A stretch of 64,000 bases of DNA, from contig OX337231.1 of assembly GCA_946965045.2 (NCBI GenBank), positions 2,542,001 through 2,606,000 on the forward strand, read 5' to 3'. The position numbers and the translations under genes are program-made. Under the pieces are notes generated by a model. That model made no database searches. It saw only the letters and a list, made by a program, of their open reading frames with translations, and was not told the origin of the DNA. Source of the DNA: Epithemia pelagica. Lineage: Eukaryota; Protista; Bacillariophyta. Positions 21,164 to 32,225 of this stretch are shown here, piece by piece. Positions within the stretch are counted from its first letter, which is position 1. Each line of letters starts with the position of its first letter.

Positions 21164-24100
21164 ATGGTTGAAATATGGCAGGATGAAACGGCACAGTTTG
21201 AGCCTGCAAGCGAATCGAAGAAGAAAATCGGGAATTCAAACCGCAGCAATGGACGAACTCCACTTTCAAAACGAACGCTGAACACAATGGATCCCATCAA
21301 GCTTCGTCGGTCGGCAAAGAAGACGACAAAAAAAGCAATCACAACGACCAAAGATGATTCTTTTTCCTATGGAATCACTGAGAAGTTGAAGACACGAACC
21401 AGTTCTGATGAGAACAAAGGAACTCTCAAGTCATCGTTCTCAGTGTCCTTCTCTTCTCCCCCGACACGAACAACACAGTCCAATGTTTCCACTGTCAATC
21501 AAAATAATCAAGAGAATCAAACACCTTCTCCACCTTCCGCGTTGCGTGATCTGCGCAATGCATTGAGAGGACGCCCGGTGGAAGGGTTGTCTCCCTTTCA
21601 ATCACCGCGTGCTAAGGAAGGCAGCCAAAGAGAACTACAACAGAGCCTCGGAAAGGAGACAGATGAAACCCCTGCAAATAAGCAAGAGGACAGCAGTCCA
21701 CCACCCATCACTCCCTATAGCGGCCTTTTGGCGGGAGAACTTGATATGAATCCTGATGACAGCTTGCTTGTCGTTTCTCCGACACCTCTAAAGCCAACTC
21801 GATTGGCAGCACTAAGAAGTAAGCGAAGGTCACTGTTGGGAGCCACCAAGTTGTCAGGGAAGGCCCAAAGACTGCGTATTGAGCCTGCCTCGCAAAGTGA
21901 AACCGTCAAAATAGATGGCGGCATGGGCAAATCTTCTAAAACACTGGCCGTTCGGACAACAAAGGTGTCCTCGTTAGAGTCGAAAGCTAGTGGACTGATC
22001 CACGGAAAGACATCGCCGGTTGTGCATCAGACAAAAAATGGCAATCCAACACATTCCATCTCAGACGCCTCGGTTTCTGATTCACGAGGGATGCAAAGGG
22101 CCCTGTCAACCAAACCGAAAGACAAAGAAAACCGCTCGTTGGCGAAGACAGATGGAACGAGAGACATCCGCTCTTCCTTGAACCTTGGCGCTTTGAAGAC
22201 AGTTGCCCCAATGGCAAACACAAAACCAGTCAACGACAAAACTACATCCATGGAATCGTCAGCTGCTCTTGAACCATTGCCAATTCCTCAGTCACTAGAC
22301 GGAACCAAAGGAACGAGAGGAAGTACCAAGCTGACTTTAAAGCAGCCTCTGGAAAACAAGACGATACAAGGAGAGAAGAAATCAGTCACTGTTTCATTCC
22401 AAGCTGTACTAGAAACGAAGAAATCAGTCACTGCTTCTTTCCAGGATGCTCAACCAGATTGCCCGGTCTCGACTTCACCCAGCGGTGCAGTGTGTGTTGA
22501 TTTCACGAACATGTTTCGTGATCCGAATTCATCGAAGAACAGAAATCTGCATACTCTCCATGCATCTGAAAAAGCGTCGACACGAGAACGTAAGGAAGCA
22601 GAAATGGTCGAAGCGGACGTTCCACCCCAAGATTGGGCAGCAAAACAATGCTCCGCATTTCAAGAATGGTTGAACTATACTCTCGAACCAAGCGAAGATA
22701 GTGACGAAGAGAAAGACTCTTCTGACAAAGCCGGGTTCCGAGAACTCGTTCTGCAACAGAGAATGGCTTCTGTACGGATGAGAAGTAAGAAGCTATGGCA
22801 AAGCACAGGAATGGACGCAATCAGAGATAAAGTTCGTTCTGAGATTCGTCGTGGCCGTCTCCTCCTCCGTGAGGACAAAGATCTCCACGCGAATCTGAAT
22901 GTGCGCGAGCAAATTCTTTCTCTCATGTTTTCCTACTCGATTCCGTGGCTGAGAATGGGTCTCGAAACAGTCTTTGGAGAAGCGATTGACCCTCATGTTC
23001 GACAGAAATACTCGCCAGTGAAGCTTTCCAATGGGACAGCACTTTATAAATCTCCCAAAAAGAAATTCAACCGAATGGAATTCGCACTCCGTGAATTCAT
23101 CATTAATCGAGTTTTGTCGGACAAAGCAGTCCTTTCAAAGTATACAAAACGGTTGTGCAAGGTTCCGTCTGGGAAGTTCGGGGCTAATTATCAAGCAGAG
23201 CTTCGTTCGTTGGTCTTGTACAGACTGCTTGTTCTGTTTTTCTTTCTTGATCGAGCCAAGACAGAGAATATACTCGACAAAGTTCCGGCTTTGTTTAACA
23301 GCGACGCCGAAGTAAAATCATCAAAAGACGTCTTGCTCTACTTCTGCAGGAACTTTTTATCGCAAGAAGGCGATTTCATCAAGCATTTGTCTCGAATGAG
23401 GCTGACGGTGTCCTATCGTCAAGAGCCTGTGGACGAGATCACTTTCCCTGTCACAAACCTTGCTATTGATCTTCGAGACGGAGTACGGTTGACGCGATTG
23501 GTTGAAATATTGACTCATGCGCCAATCAAGTCCCTACTCCACGGGCTTAGACTTCCGGCGGTGTCTCGTCTCCAGAAGCTTCACAATGTCGGTTTCGTCC
23601 TTGACACTCTCCGCAAGAGTGGGGTTTCAATTGGGAATGATGTGATGCCTCACCAAATTGTTGATAGTCATCGCGAGATTGTTCTTGGCGTACTTTGGGC
23701 AATTATCACCCGCTTTTGTCTTGGTCGGGTTGCAGATGAACAGAAGCTCATGAACGAGATTTGTAGAATCAAGCGATCACGTGGAACCAAAACTGGGATT
23801 GAGAAACCCTCTGGAGACTTTGAGAATCGCATTCGACTCCTTTTGATTGAGTGGTGCACAACAGTGTGTGCTGAATTTGGTGTCCGCGTTGATAACCTTA
23901 CCACAGATTTTGCTGACGGCGTTGTTGTATGTCTGCTTCTTCACTTTTACCTACCTCACCTTGTCCGACTGACGGAGATCCGACGAACGTCACGTACAAC
24001 TTCTTTCATGAATGCTTCGAAAGGATCCGATGATATAATTCGTCGAAATGAGAGGTGGAACAGTGAATTTGCAAGCAAGAAACTGTACATGTTGGGCGGC

Positions 24101-27100
24101 ATTGGCCGGATGATCCCCATAACGGACTCTTCCAACCTTCCAGATCCAAAAGCTATGCTGCTGTGCCTAGTGTACATATTCTCACGTATCCTGTCGTGCA
24201 GTAACGAACTACGAGCTTCTCTTGTCATTCAGAGGTTCGTCCGTGAGCGCCAACGTGTGGCACTGATGAAACGTAAAATGGAAGCTGCACGGCTTATCAT
24301 GTCCAAGTGGCTAGAACACAAGGAACAGTACTATTCCAATCAGCGATCAAAGTATGGCGTCGCCATTCGAACAATTGAATTATTCTTTGCTGAACGCAAG
24401 CATCGCATTGAGGAAGTAAGGAAACGCCGATTGATGTGGGAAGAAATCAAACGAAAAATCATTCTTCTACAGTCTCACGTCAGAGCGATCATTGCGCGTA
24501 AAAATGTTCGTATGTTGATGCATCAACACATGGTATGTACAACCCTTCAGTGCTGGTGGAGAAGGATGAAGGCTACAAGTATTCTCCTGACTTTGCGAGT
24601 CAACCGAAATGCAGCGAGAAAAATCCAGAGAGCTTATCGCTGGTCAAAAGAAAATCATAGATCAAAGAATCTTGCGGCCATTGTTATCCAAAGCCGATGG
24701 AGGTCGTTCTGCGGACAAGTACAATATCAAATAGACATAATGGACATTGTCGACGTTCAACGATGTGCACGAAGAATGCTGGCATTGCGCTCTTTCAACG
24801 ACGCCAGGGCGTCCGCAATCAAGCTTCAATCTACGTTCAGACGTATTCATGGAAGAACTTCTTTTTGCCGGATGAGAAGTGCTTCTTTCATCATCCAGAA
24901 GACATGGAGGCGATTTCATGCACAACAGATATTCTCAATTGTTTGTAAAGGAGTAATTTCACTGCAGTCCCATTACCGCTCTCATATCACGTCTCGCACG
25001 TATGGAAAGATGAGAACTGGACTTATATCACTCCAGAGTGAGGTACGAAAACACCTGCAGCGGCGTGCCTTTTTGGATTCAATTCGGTGTGTTTGCAAAT
25101 GTCAAGCGATAGCAAGGGCCCTAATTGCACAGAACGAGGCAGCACGGAGAAAGAATGCCATTGTTTCCATGCAAGCTTTCAACAGAGGATACCAAGCAAG
25201 GCACCGATTGAAGGCCGCTTTGAATGCTTCGGTCGTGATGCAGTCCATGTGGAGAAGGTCTCTGGCTAGGTCAAAGTTCACAGTAGCCGTGTGGGCAGCT
25301 CTTGAAATTCAGAAGACAACTCGGCGGTTCTTGGCATTCAACCGATTCCAAAATTATCAACGCTCTGCGATCACTATCCAGAAAAGGTTGAGAATGTTAT
25401 TTGCTACGTCAAAATTGGAAGCACTGCGCTATGAGCGAGCACAGTTGGAGAAAGCAAGCGCCACTTTGCTGCAGTCATCCTACAGGGCTTACACGCGTAG
25501 AAGGGAACTGAAAGTGATGCGATCCTCCGCGATTCTTGTCCAAGCCCTTACTCGCGGATTCCTTGCCCGATCCACATATGAACTGGATAGAGCGAATATC
25601 TGTACAGTTCAAACAGTTGCTCGAATGTGGCTTTCGAAAAGAAAGGCATCCGGAATTCGCGCCTCAGCTCTGATAGTACAAGGGTTTTGTCGAATGGTTC
25701 TCGCTTCCAAAACAGCGGACAATCTCCGAACGCTCGTTCGCTCTGCCATACGTCTCCAGTGCTTCATTCGAACGAAGAAAGCAAAGACGGTGTACAACGA
25801 ACGATTTCAGGAAAGGTTGGAAAGAGAGCGACGTGCGCAAGCAGCAAGTCAAATCCAGAGAAAAGCAAGAGATTTCCTTCATAGATACCGAGCAGCGCGC
25901 AAGATTCAAAAGACATGGAGATGCTACTCAGTCCATATCGATTTCATGTTGAGCGTACTGTCATCAATTCAAATTCAATCTGCCATTCGCCGAAAGATCG
26001 CAATTCTGCAGGCAAGGACCAGGTCTAATGCAGTCAATATTCTTCAAAGATTTTCTCGAAAAGTCGTCCGAAAGATTCAGGGTGCCACGCTGATTCAGCG
26101 TTGTATTAGGGGCTACTTCGTTCGATTACAGTTGGAAGTTCAGGATTATGCGGCCACGGAAATACAAAGAGTATGGCGAGGATACACAGGAAACATGATT
26201 TACATGAATGCGGTTGTTTCTGCAGTCATGATCCAATCAATTGTTCGATCGAAGCAAGCAAAGCAACACGTCGAGACCCTGCGTATCAAGCGATATGCCC
26301 TTATCTTCATGCGGGAACGAGCTTGTGCACGAATCCAATGTTTGTTCAGAGTTTACATGGAGCAACGCAGACTAGAGATCGGCGCCATTGTGATACAGAG
26401 AAACTGGAGGAACTTGCGATCACGACGAGAATTTCTTCATCTAAGGAAACAAATCGTGTCAATCCAGGCTCGTTTCAGAAGCAGAGTAACCAGGAAGAGG
26501 AGACCGAGAAAAGTGGCTAAGGTGGCAGAGAGAATTCAGAAAGCAAACGCGAAAGCAGCGAGGGACCCTTCACAGACCCTTGGTGCCCGAACAGGCTCTG
26601 CACTTGCGCTGCTTTCGAAAAGTGCCAGATTGGAAACAATCAGGGTCGCCGTGAAAAGTCTTGAGGTTGCTACAAAGTACTCACAGGCATGCTGCAGAGC
26701 GTTCACTAGATCTGGTGCATCAGAGATCCTTTTCATTTGCGTTAGAAGTTGCAATCGAAGCATGCCACACATGGAATTGGTTCAAAGCATTCTACGAACA
26801 ATGGCCAACGTAACGCGCTACAAGGAATTTCGGCAATCAATTGCAACTCCAACCGGGGTTGAAGTTTTCCTGGACCTGGTTCAGATGTTCCGAGACAAAG
26901 ATGTCCTGTTCCACCTAGCCGTCCGTCTTTTGGAAATAGCTCTCGTAGAGAATGAGCAACTGAAGGACTTGTGTGCATCGCATGAGAATATCAAACGTTT
27001 GAAAACTCTCGTTGCACTTTCAAAGCGCAAGGCAGTGCTTCTGACACCACCAGCGGCTCACTCACGAGGCAAGAATTCAAGGGACCGAGCATTCGAGATG

Positions 27101-27163
27101 ACTGATGCAGTGAAGGGTATTCGTGCTCTCCATCGTATCATACAAATGGTTGACAACAATTAA
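21164..27163 (+). CDS. ASPM: Abnormal spindle-like protein (CH domains, many IQ repeats, ARM-like C-terminus), ~2000 aa
   Basis: DLRDGVRLTRLVE...RLQKLHNV and NLTTDFADG CH domains. Long run of IQxxxRG/IQ repeats. First in-frame ATG at 21164; ORF open from 21071. Confidence 0.9.
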   Translation: MVEIWQDETAQFEPASESKKKIGNSNRSNGRTPLSKRTLNTMDPIKLRRSAKKTTKKAITTTKDDSFSYGITEKLKTRTSSDENKGTLKSSFSVSFSSPPTRTTQSNVSTVNQNNQENQTPSPPSALRDLRNALRGRPVEGLSPFQSPRAKEGSQRELQQSLGKETDETPANKQEDSSPPPITPYSGLLAGELDMNPDDSLLVVSPTPLKPTRLAALRSKRRSLLGATKLSGKAQRLRIEPASQSETVKIDGGMGKSSKTLAVRTTKVSSLESKASGLIHGKTSPVVHQTKNGNPTHSISDASVSDSRGMQRALSTKPKDKENRSLAKTDGTRDIRSSLNLGALKTVAPMANTKPVNDKTTSMESSAALEPLPIPQSLDGTKGTRGSTKLTLKQPLENKTIQGEKKSVTVSFQAVLETKKSVTASFQDAQPDCPVSTSPSGAVCVDFTNMFRDPNSSKNRNLHTLHASEKASTRERKEAEMVEADVPPQDWAAKQCSAFQEWLNYTLEPSEDSDEEKDSSDKAGFRELVLQQRMASVRMRSKKLWQSTGMDAIRDKVRSEIRRGRLLLREDKDLHANLNVREQILSLMFSYSIPWLRMGLETVFGEAIDPHVRQKYSPVKLSNGTALYKSPKKKFNRMEFALREFIINRVLSDKAVLSKYTKRLCKVPSGKFGANYQAELRSLVLYRLLVLFFFLDRAKTENILDKVPALFNSDAEVKSSKDVLLYFCRNFLSQEGDFIKHLSRMRLTVSYRQEPVDEITFPVTNLAIDLRDGVRLTRLVEILTHAPIKSLLHGLRLPAVSRLQKLHNVGFVLDTLRKSGVSIGNDVMPHQIVDSHREIVLGVLWAIITRFCLGRVADEQKLMNEICRIKRSRGTKTGIEKPSGDFENRIRLLLIEWCTTVCAEFGVRVDNLTTDFADGVVVCLLLHFYLPHLVRLTEIRRTSRTTSFMNASKGSDDIIRRNERWNSEFASKKLYMLGGIGRMIPITDSSNLPDPKAMLLCLVYIFSRILSCSNELRASLVIQRFVRERQRVALMKRKMEAARLIMSKWLEHKEQYYSNQRSKYGVAIRTIELFFAERKHRIEEVRKRRLMWEEIKRKIILLQSHVRAIIARKNVRMLMHQHMVCTTLQCWWRRMKATSILLTLRVNRNAARKIQRAYRWSKENHRSKNLAAIVIQSRWRSFCGQVQYQIDIMDIVDVQRCARRMLALRSFNDARASAIKLQSTFRRIHGRTSFCRMRSASFIIQKTWRRFHAQQIFSIVCKGVISLQSHYRSHITSRTYGKMRTGLISLQSEVRKHLQRRAFLDSIRCVCKCQAIARALIAQNEAARRKNAIVSMQAFNRGYQARHRLKAALNASVVMQSMWRRSLARSKFTVAVWAALEIQKTTRRFLAFNRFQNYQRSAITIQKRLRMLFATSKLEALRYERAQLEKASATLLQSSYRAYTRRRELKVMRSSAILVQALTRGFLARSTYELDRANICTVQTVARMWLSKRKASGIRASALIVQGFCRMVLASKTADNLRTLVRSAIRLQCFIRTKKAKTVYNERFQERLERERRAQAASQIQRKARDFLHRYRAARKIQKTWRCYSVHIDFMLSVLSSIQIQSAIRRKIAILQARTRSNAVNILQRFSRKVVRKIQGATLIQRCIRGYFVRLQLEVQDYAATEIQRVWRGYTGNMIYMNAVVSAVMIQSIVRSKQAKQHVETLRIKRYALIFMRERACARIQCLFRVYMEQRRLEIGAIVIQRNWRNLRSRREFLHLRKQIVSIQARFRSRVTRKRRPRKVAKVAERIQKANAKAARDPSQTLGARTGSALALLSKSARLETIRVAVKSLEVATKYSQACCRAFTRSGASEILFICVRSCNRSMPHMELVQSILRTMANVTRYKEFRQSIATPTGVEVFLDLVQMFRDKDVLFHLAVRLLEIALVENEQLKDLCASHENIKRLKTLVALSKRKAVLLTPPAAHSRGKNSRDRAFEMTDAVKGIRALHRIIQMVDNN

Positions 27164-27273
27164 TAAGCAGACAAGCTCATTAGGACGACTTATCTCTTTT
27201 GTCCCATATGAGTGTGATGTTGATGAAAGTAGAAAAACCGCATTAAAGATAGCGCACAATTTTTTTACTTTCA

Positions 27274-29544
27274 TCATGTCGACCTTGTGATCACGCTGTT
27301 GAACGCAGCTTGCGTCAATTGTACCTTCCCCGTCAATTGCATTCGTTTCTTTCCTTTCTTTTGTTTTTCGAGAAGTTTCTTCTTTCTCGAAACATCACCG
27401 CCACCAACGACCTTTCCTGATTTTGTCAATACGTCTTTGCGGTAAGCTTGGATTCTCTCTGAGGCAATCACTTTGTTCCCAACTTTTCCTTGAATGATTG
27501 TGACAAACTGTTCCCGAGGCAAGACCTCTTGCAATTTTTTACACACCGACCGAGCTTCGGCCTGTGCTGCGTCTTTGTGACTGACAAAGGCCAATGGTTC
27601 CACCAAATCTCCGTTCAAGGCGATATCTACCTTGGCCAAATCAGATTCCACATAGCCCGCTTCGGTACTATCCAGACTCCCATACCCAGCCGTGACGTTC
27701 TTCAGTTGATCATGAAAGTCCACCACAAGTTCTGCCCAGGGCATGATACAATCGACAATCCATTGTTCTTCGTCAAGGGGCTGCGTCGACAGATCGGTCC
27801 CTCGTTTGCGGGTAACCAACTCCATGACGGCTCCGGCATCTTCGACGCGGGCCACGATGCGTACCTTGACAATGGGTTCTTCTACCTTGAAGGCACTGGA
27901 CGATTTGCCTCCGGCAGGCCATTTGTTCAAATCTTCAATAATTTCCGTAATGGGTTCGGTAATGTTGCTCGATCTACTGGGCAAGTGGGTAATTCGGTAG
28001 GCTACCTTGGGTGGTGTCACGACCGCATCAATCCCAAACTCATCCGCGAGTCGTTGACGAAAGACTTCGACATGGAGCAACCCTTGAAAGCCGACACGCA
28101 ATCCCGGGCCCAGATACGGACCTCCCCCTTCGGAGGACGAGGCGGCGGTCCGCTGAATTTCCAAGCCCGTGTCATTGAGAGCCAGGCGGTCGACGGCGTT
28201 GCACAATTCTTCAAAGCCATCGGCTTCTTCGGGATGGACCGATGCGTACATGACCGATTTGGAGACCATAGCGTTGGGTGGGAGACGAGGTAAATACAAG
28301 GATGATTGTGCTAGGTTGACGCGATCGGAATGCAACAAGAGGGAGCCCGGTAAGGCTTGTCGTGGATCGCGCAAACCGAATCGAACGTATCCCATTTGTC
28401 CCCGAACAAGTGTCTTGGTACGCAAGGGTGTTGGTGTCACGAGGCCTACTTCCTGAACGGAAAAGGACTGCTGTTCCGATTGTTCAAATGAATCGCCCGA
28501 GGGTGAGGGAATCAGCAGGGAGATGCGATCACTTTCGGTTAATTGGCCAGCCATGACCCGAATGAGGCAATTGACGCCACGGTCATCATACCAGGAATCG
28601 ACAACTTGTCCACGCAAAATGTTCCCCTGTTTGGCATTGTCATGATCTGGGAGAGGATGTGGGGGTGGTACTTGATCACACACTTGCTCCAATACCTCTC
28701 GGATCCCAACGCGACTCCGGGCACTGGTTTGGACAATGGAATCGGGATCCCCCTCCCAATCTCCCAGCCATTCACTAACTGTTAAAGCGCAATGCACAGG
28801 CCGTGCTACATCCAAATCCACCTTGGTCAAGGCAATCAAGAGTCGAGGATCGTTGGGGGCCAAGGCCTTGACCTTTTCATAAACGCTCCATGTTTGTGCC
28901 TGAATCCCTTGCGTCGCATCCAACAACAAGACGGCACCTTGGACAAAGCACAAGGATCGTGTCACTTCCCGACCAAAATCCACATGGCCCGGTGTATCGT
29001 ACATGTTGATCAACAAGGTCTTGTGTGGACCCACGGCCGACTCGTGCCGATACAACATGGACGCCGTCGATGCCTTGACGGTAATACCTCGTTCTTGCTC
29101 CACAGATAAGGTGTCCAAGGCATCAATACGCTCTTTGGAAGACGAAGAAACCACTTCTTTGGATAAAGAGGGTGTCGTTGGAGGCGACGACTCGGAAACT
29201 GCCCCTGACGACGACGATTCGTCCTCCGGTCGTGACGACAAGGCAGCATCCCACGCGAGTTGTTGGGCGTCTCGACCCAGATTTCCCGTCAATTCCAGAA
29301 TCCGACTGCTCAAACTGGACTTTCCATGATCAATGTGTGCAATGAAACCAAAATTCCGAACATCCTCCAAGGGAATTTCGGGTATCATGGCGTAATCCTC
29401 CAATATCGACATGGGACGTTCCTGGCCGGAAGAAGACGACGAAGAAGAAAAGGATTGGGCATACTTGCCGATAGCAAAGTCTCGTGGAAAATGGCGATGA
29501 TGAATTCGAAGTCTGCCATTGCAAAACGCCCGTCGAAGGATCAT
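27274..29544 (-). CDS. GUF1: Mitochondrial translation factor GUF1 (LepA/EF-4)
   Basis: AHIDHGKSSL, ERGITVK, DTPGHVDF, GFQGLLHVEVF, GGDVSRKKKLLEKQKKGKKRM. N-terminal basic/Ser-rich presequence. Confidence 0.95.
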   Translation of the reverse strand: MILRRAFCNGRLRIHHRHFPRDFAIGKYAQSFSSSSSSSGQERPMSILEDYAMIPEIPLEDVRNFGFIAHIDHGKSSLSSRILELTGNLGRDAQQLAWDAALSSRPEDESSSSGAVSESSPPTTPSLSKEVVSSSSKERIDALDTLSVEQERGITVKASTASMLYRHESAVGPHKTLLINMYDTPGHVDFGREVTRSLCFVQGAVLLLDATQGIQAQTWSVYEKVKALAPNDPRLLIALTKVDLDVARPVHCALTVSEWLGDWEGDPDSIVQTSARSRVGIREVLEQVCDQVPPPHPLPDHDNAKQGNILRGQVVDSWYDDRGVNCLIRVMAGQLTESDRISLLIPSPSGDSFEQSEQQSFSVQEVGLVTPTPLRTKTLVRGQMGYVRFGLRDPRQALPGSLLLHSDRVNLAQSSLYLPRLPPNAMVSKSVMYASVHPEEADGFEELCNAVDRLALNDTGLEIQRTAASSSEGGGPYLGPGLRVGFQGLLHVEVFRQRLADEFGIDAVVTPPKVAYRITHLPSRSSNITEPITEIIEDLNKWPAGGKSSSAFKVEEPIVKVRIVARVEDAGAVMELVTRKRGTDLSTQPLDEEQWIVDCIMPWAELVVDFHDQLKNVTAGYGSLDSTEAGYVESDLAKVDIALNGDLVEPLAFVSHKDAAQAEARSVCKKLQEVLPREQFVTIIQGKVGNKVIASERIQAYRKDVLTKSGKVVGGGDVSRKKKLLEKQKKGKKRMQLTGKVQLTQAAFNSVITRST

Positions 29545-29650
29545 GGTTAAGAGGTTTTATCGGATGGAGATGAATGATGAAAGAGGAGAGTGATGGAAGG
29601 ATGGATTTGTGGTTGGAATCTTTGTCGGAATCTCTCTTGGAAGTCAGCTA

Positions 29651-30211
29651 CTCCCTCCTGAAAGAAAATAGTGCACGATTTTTTTTTGGTTATTTTAGTC
29701 GCGTTAAAAACTCTCGTAGGCTCTGGTACAAACCTACAGGAGGACGGCTGGCTCATTCGGAGTCGAACTCCACCCTGATTTCGTAGATGAACATATGCGC
29801 GAGTCTACACTATTATAGGAAAAGTACAACTTTTGTGTGCGACGAGTGAGCAGAACCATGGCCAAAGGTGCCGTCGTTGACCATGGAATTCAGCATGGAA
29901 ATGGCACGAATCTTGTCAGTTGCACGCATATTCCTACTCTTTGATGCCCTGGGGGGCCGCCCTGAAGAGGACGTGTTCATAGGCGCCATAGAAGTCTCAA
30001 CCGGTGGGCACTGAAAAGCAAAGCTCGAAATGGCGCCTTTTGAACGGTCGTATCTCATCCCCTTGCAAGAATCGAACATATAAATCATACACCAATATAG
30101 AGCTAATGAGTAGAGCTTTCTAGGGAAAAAAATTTTAGGAAAAAAGGACGTTTGCTCGTTGAGATATCGTTTTTTTTCTATAATCGTGCACTATTTTCTT
30201 TCAGGAGGGAG
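29651..30211. mobile_element. Stowaway/Tc1-mariner-type non-autonomous DNA transposon (561 bp)
   Basis: Perfect 30-bp TIR CTCCCTCCTGAAAGAAAATAGTGCACGATT (29651-29680, inverted at 30182-30211). TA on both flanks (29649-29650, 30212-30213). CTCCCTCC start is the Stowaway signature. Confidence 0.92.
29813..29989 (-). pseudogene. Possible remnant of mariner-type transposase N-terminus inside the element
   Basis: GRPP...NMRATDKIRAISMLNSMVNDGTFGHG resembles the N-terminal helix of stramenopile mariner transposases (from memory). The ORF is truncated. Confidence 0.35.
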
Positions 30212-30297
30212 TACTATCTATAGCTATGTCCTGGTTTAGTTAGACTACCCTCTCTAGAGGTTCAAAGACAAGTGAATTGGCATTTTTACCGCCGACA

Positions 30298-32118
30298 ATG
30301 AACCTTCATCGCCGGCACGTTTCGGCCGGGCACCGCACATCATTATCTCTGTTGTGGACGGCATGGATCCTGTTACAGCACAGTCATGTGGCAGAATGCT
30401 GGATTTCTGGTCCACCCCTCGCTGCTGTTGTAAAGAATGGCCCTTCCTTTGGTTCTATTCGTCGTGGACCACATTGGGCGTCAAGTGGTGGTGCTGATGA
30501 CGACGACGACGACGCAATGGAAAACCAGGCCTTGGAGGCCATTCAATCGTTGGCTGATTTCCATGAAGGCCAGTGGCAAGGATCTGCGAGATCCTTTACA
30601 GTTTCAGCCGATACAGCAGCTGGTATTTTGCATCGATCCACATCTCCACCCTATACGGCCTCGGTCAAGTTGGGAATGGATTTGACCAATCGCGATTATA
30701 CTCTGACGGAAACCTTTGAATGGAAGGATGACGACGAAAACAAGAGTGGTGAGGTTTCGGCTGCTCGCAGTCCTAGCAAAGTGTCGGCTCGTACCGTTTC
30801 CTTGACACAATCCAATACCGATGTCGACACGGTCGATGCCTCCTATTCCTTGGATATGACCTTGCCCACCTTACCGTCGGCACTGCTGGGGACGGATCAA
30901 TTACCGCAATTCCTCATTGAGCACTGTATTGCACTCAATGACGACGAACGAGCCAAATGTTGGGTTCTCTACGGTGGTGCCGATCAAGGTTTGATGCGCA
31001 TTGTCCTGTGTCATGAAACACGATGTACCAGCAGCACGGACGACCAACAACCTCCACAACAACAGAGTGACAGCCAGGACAATGGCTTGACGGCAGCCGA
31101 CTTGTTGGAAATGCAAACTGATGTGGACCGATTAGTGGATTCCATTGCTGGAAGTTTGGAAGCCAATCAACCAAAGAAGCAGCAACAACAACAAGAAGGG
31201 CAAATTACTCCAGAACGGATACGAGCTTTGGAAGAATCCTTTTCCAAAAGTGGTTCCAATACCGGAGAAGGTTCATCTTCGACAGTACCTCCTCTTTCAA
31301 GACACGCAACAAGCTTGTTGGAAGCAACGTCGGGGGTATGGTTAGGAGATTTGGTGGTGCGTGACAAGCCAACTGTGCCATTGGTGCCCCAATCGGGACG
31401 ACGAGGATTTGGAAAAAACGACAATAAGGACAATGGTGGAACAAAAACTCGTACCGTGACGGCTGGAAGAGAAGGATTTGCCAAATGGTCCATTGGTGTT
31501 CAAAAAGCAGCCTGGAGATGGATGTGGAATTTCGGAGAGGAAATTCGTCAAGTGACGGAGTACGGACGAGGCATGGGAGCTACCTTGGCCTTGGCATCGG
31601 TGGCATCGTCCAGCAGTGCCGAGGGAGCACCACAACAACTCAGCTTGTCGGGAACCGTCTGTGTCAATGAAGGACTGTCACGACGCATGCCCATTCCGGA
31701 ACGAATAGTGTACATTGACTGGAATGCACCCGGTGCCTCGGCGTCGAACAGTGTGGCATTTTTGGTCGATTCCTTTTTGGTACATGCGCCGCGCTTCCTG
31801 CAATTTGCCTCTTCTTCTTCTGCTGCTGAAAACACCCGGCGGTCGAGTAGTCAAACGCCTTTTTTGACCGAATTTGGAGTCTTTCAACAAAGCACGATCG
31901 TCAACGCGCAAGATAGCGAGGACACGTCTGTCTCATCCTTGCCTTTGGCTGGCTCGTTGACAGACGATGAGTTGCTCCAGGAACTGGACACAATGGATGG
32001 ACCAGCCCTCCCCGAACTGGTCTGTTCCAAAGTGGCACGCATCTACAATTTTGAAGGCTCGTTGAAACAGGGATGTTCGTCCTTTTACACACTGAAACGA
32101 TTTGGGAGCGAAATGTGA
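30298..32118 (+). CDS. Probable plastid-targeted protein with two lipocalin-like beta-barrel halves (DUF3598-like)
   Basis: Signal peptide ending AEC-W. FHEGQWQGS and ATSGVWLGD begin two similar halves. EHCI...ERAK...LMRIVLCHE resembles DUF3598. Confidence 0.55.
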   Translation: MNLHRRHVSAGHRTSLSLLWTAWILLQHSHVAECWISGPPLAAVVKNGPSFGSIRRGPHWASSGGADDDDDDAMENQALEAIQSLADFHEGQWQGSARSFTVSADTAAGILHRSTSPPYTASVKLGMDLTNRDYTLTETFEWKDDDENKSGEVSAARSPSKVSARTVSLTQSNTDVDTVDASYSLDMTLPTLPSALLGTDQLPQFLIEHCIALNDDERAKCWVLYGGADQGLMRIVLCHETRCTSSTDDQQPPQQQSDSQDNGLTAADLLEMQTDVDRLVDSIAGSLEANQPKKQQQQQEGQITPERIRALEESFSKSGSNTGEGSSSTVPPLSRHATSLLEATSGVWLGDLVVRDKPTVPLVPQSGRRGFGKNDNKDNGGTKTRTVTAGREGFAKWSIGVQKAAWRWMWNFGEEIRQVTEYGRGMGATLALASVASSSSAEGAPQQLSLSGTVCVNEGLSRRMPIPERIVYIDWNAPGASASNSVAFLVDSFLVHAPRFLQFASSSSAAENTRRSSSQTPFLTEFGVFQQSTIVNAQDSEDTSVSSLPLAGSLTDDELLQELDTMDGPALPELVCSKVARIYNFEGSLKQGCSSFYTLKRFGSEM

Positions 32119-32225
32119 GACGCAAGCATCCAAGTGTACAGAAATCATGTTTTCACGCGCGCTACAACACACCCTAAAGCTATAACCACATCAACTTTGT
32201 ATCACGCAATGAACTTGCGTGTTTC

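Noticed and set aside
19500-27200. Impression of different codon/repeat style in the SAS-4/ASPM block
   Set aside because: Not quantified; the genes are ordinary eukaryotic ones, so there is no support for horizontal transfer.
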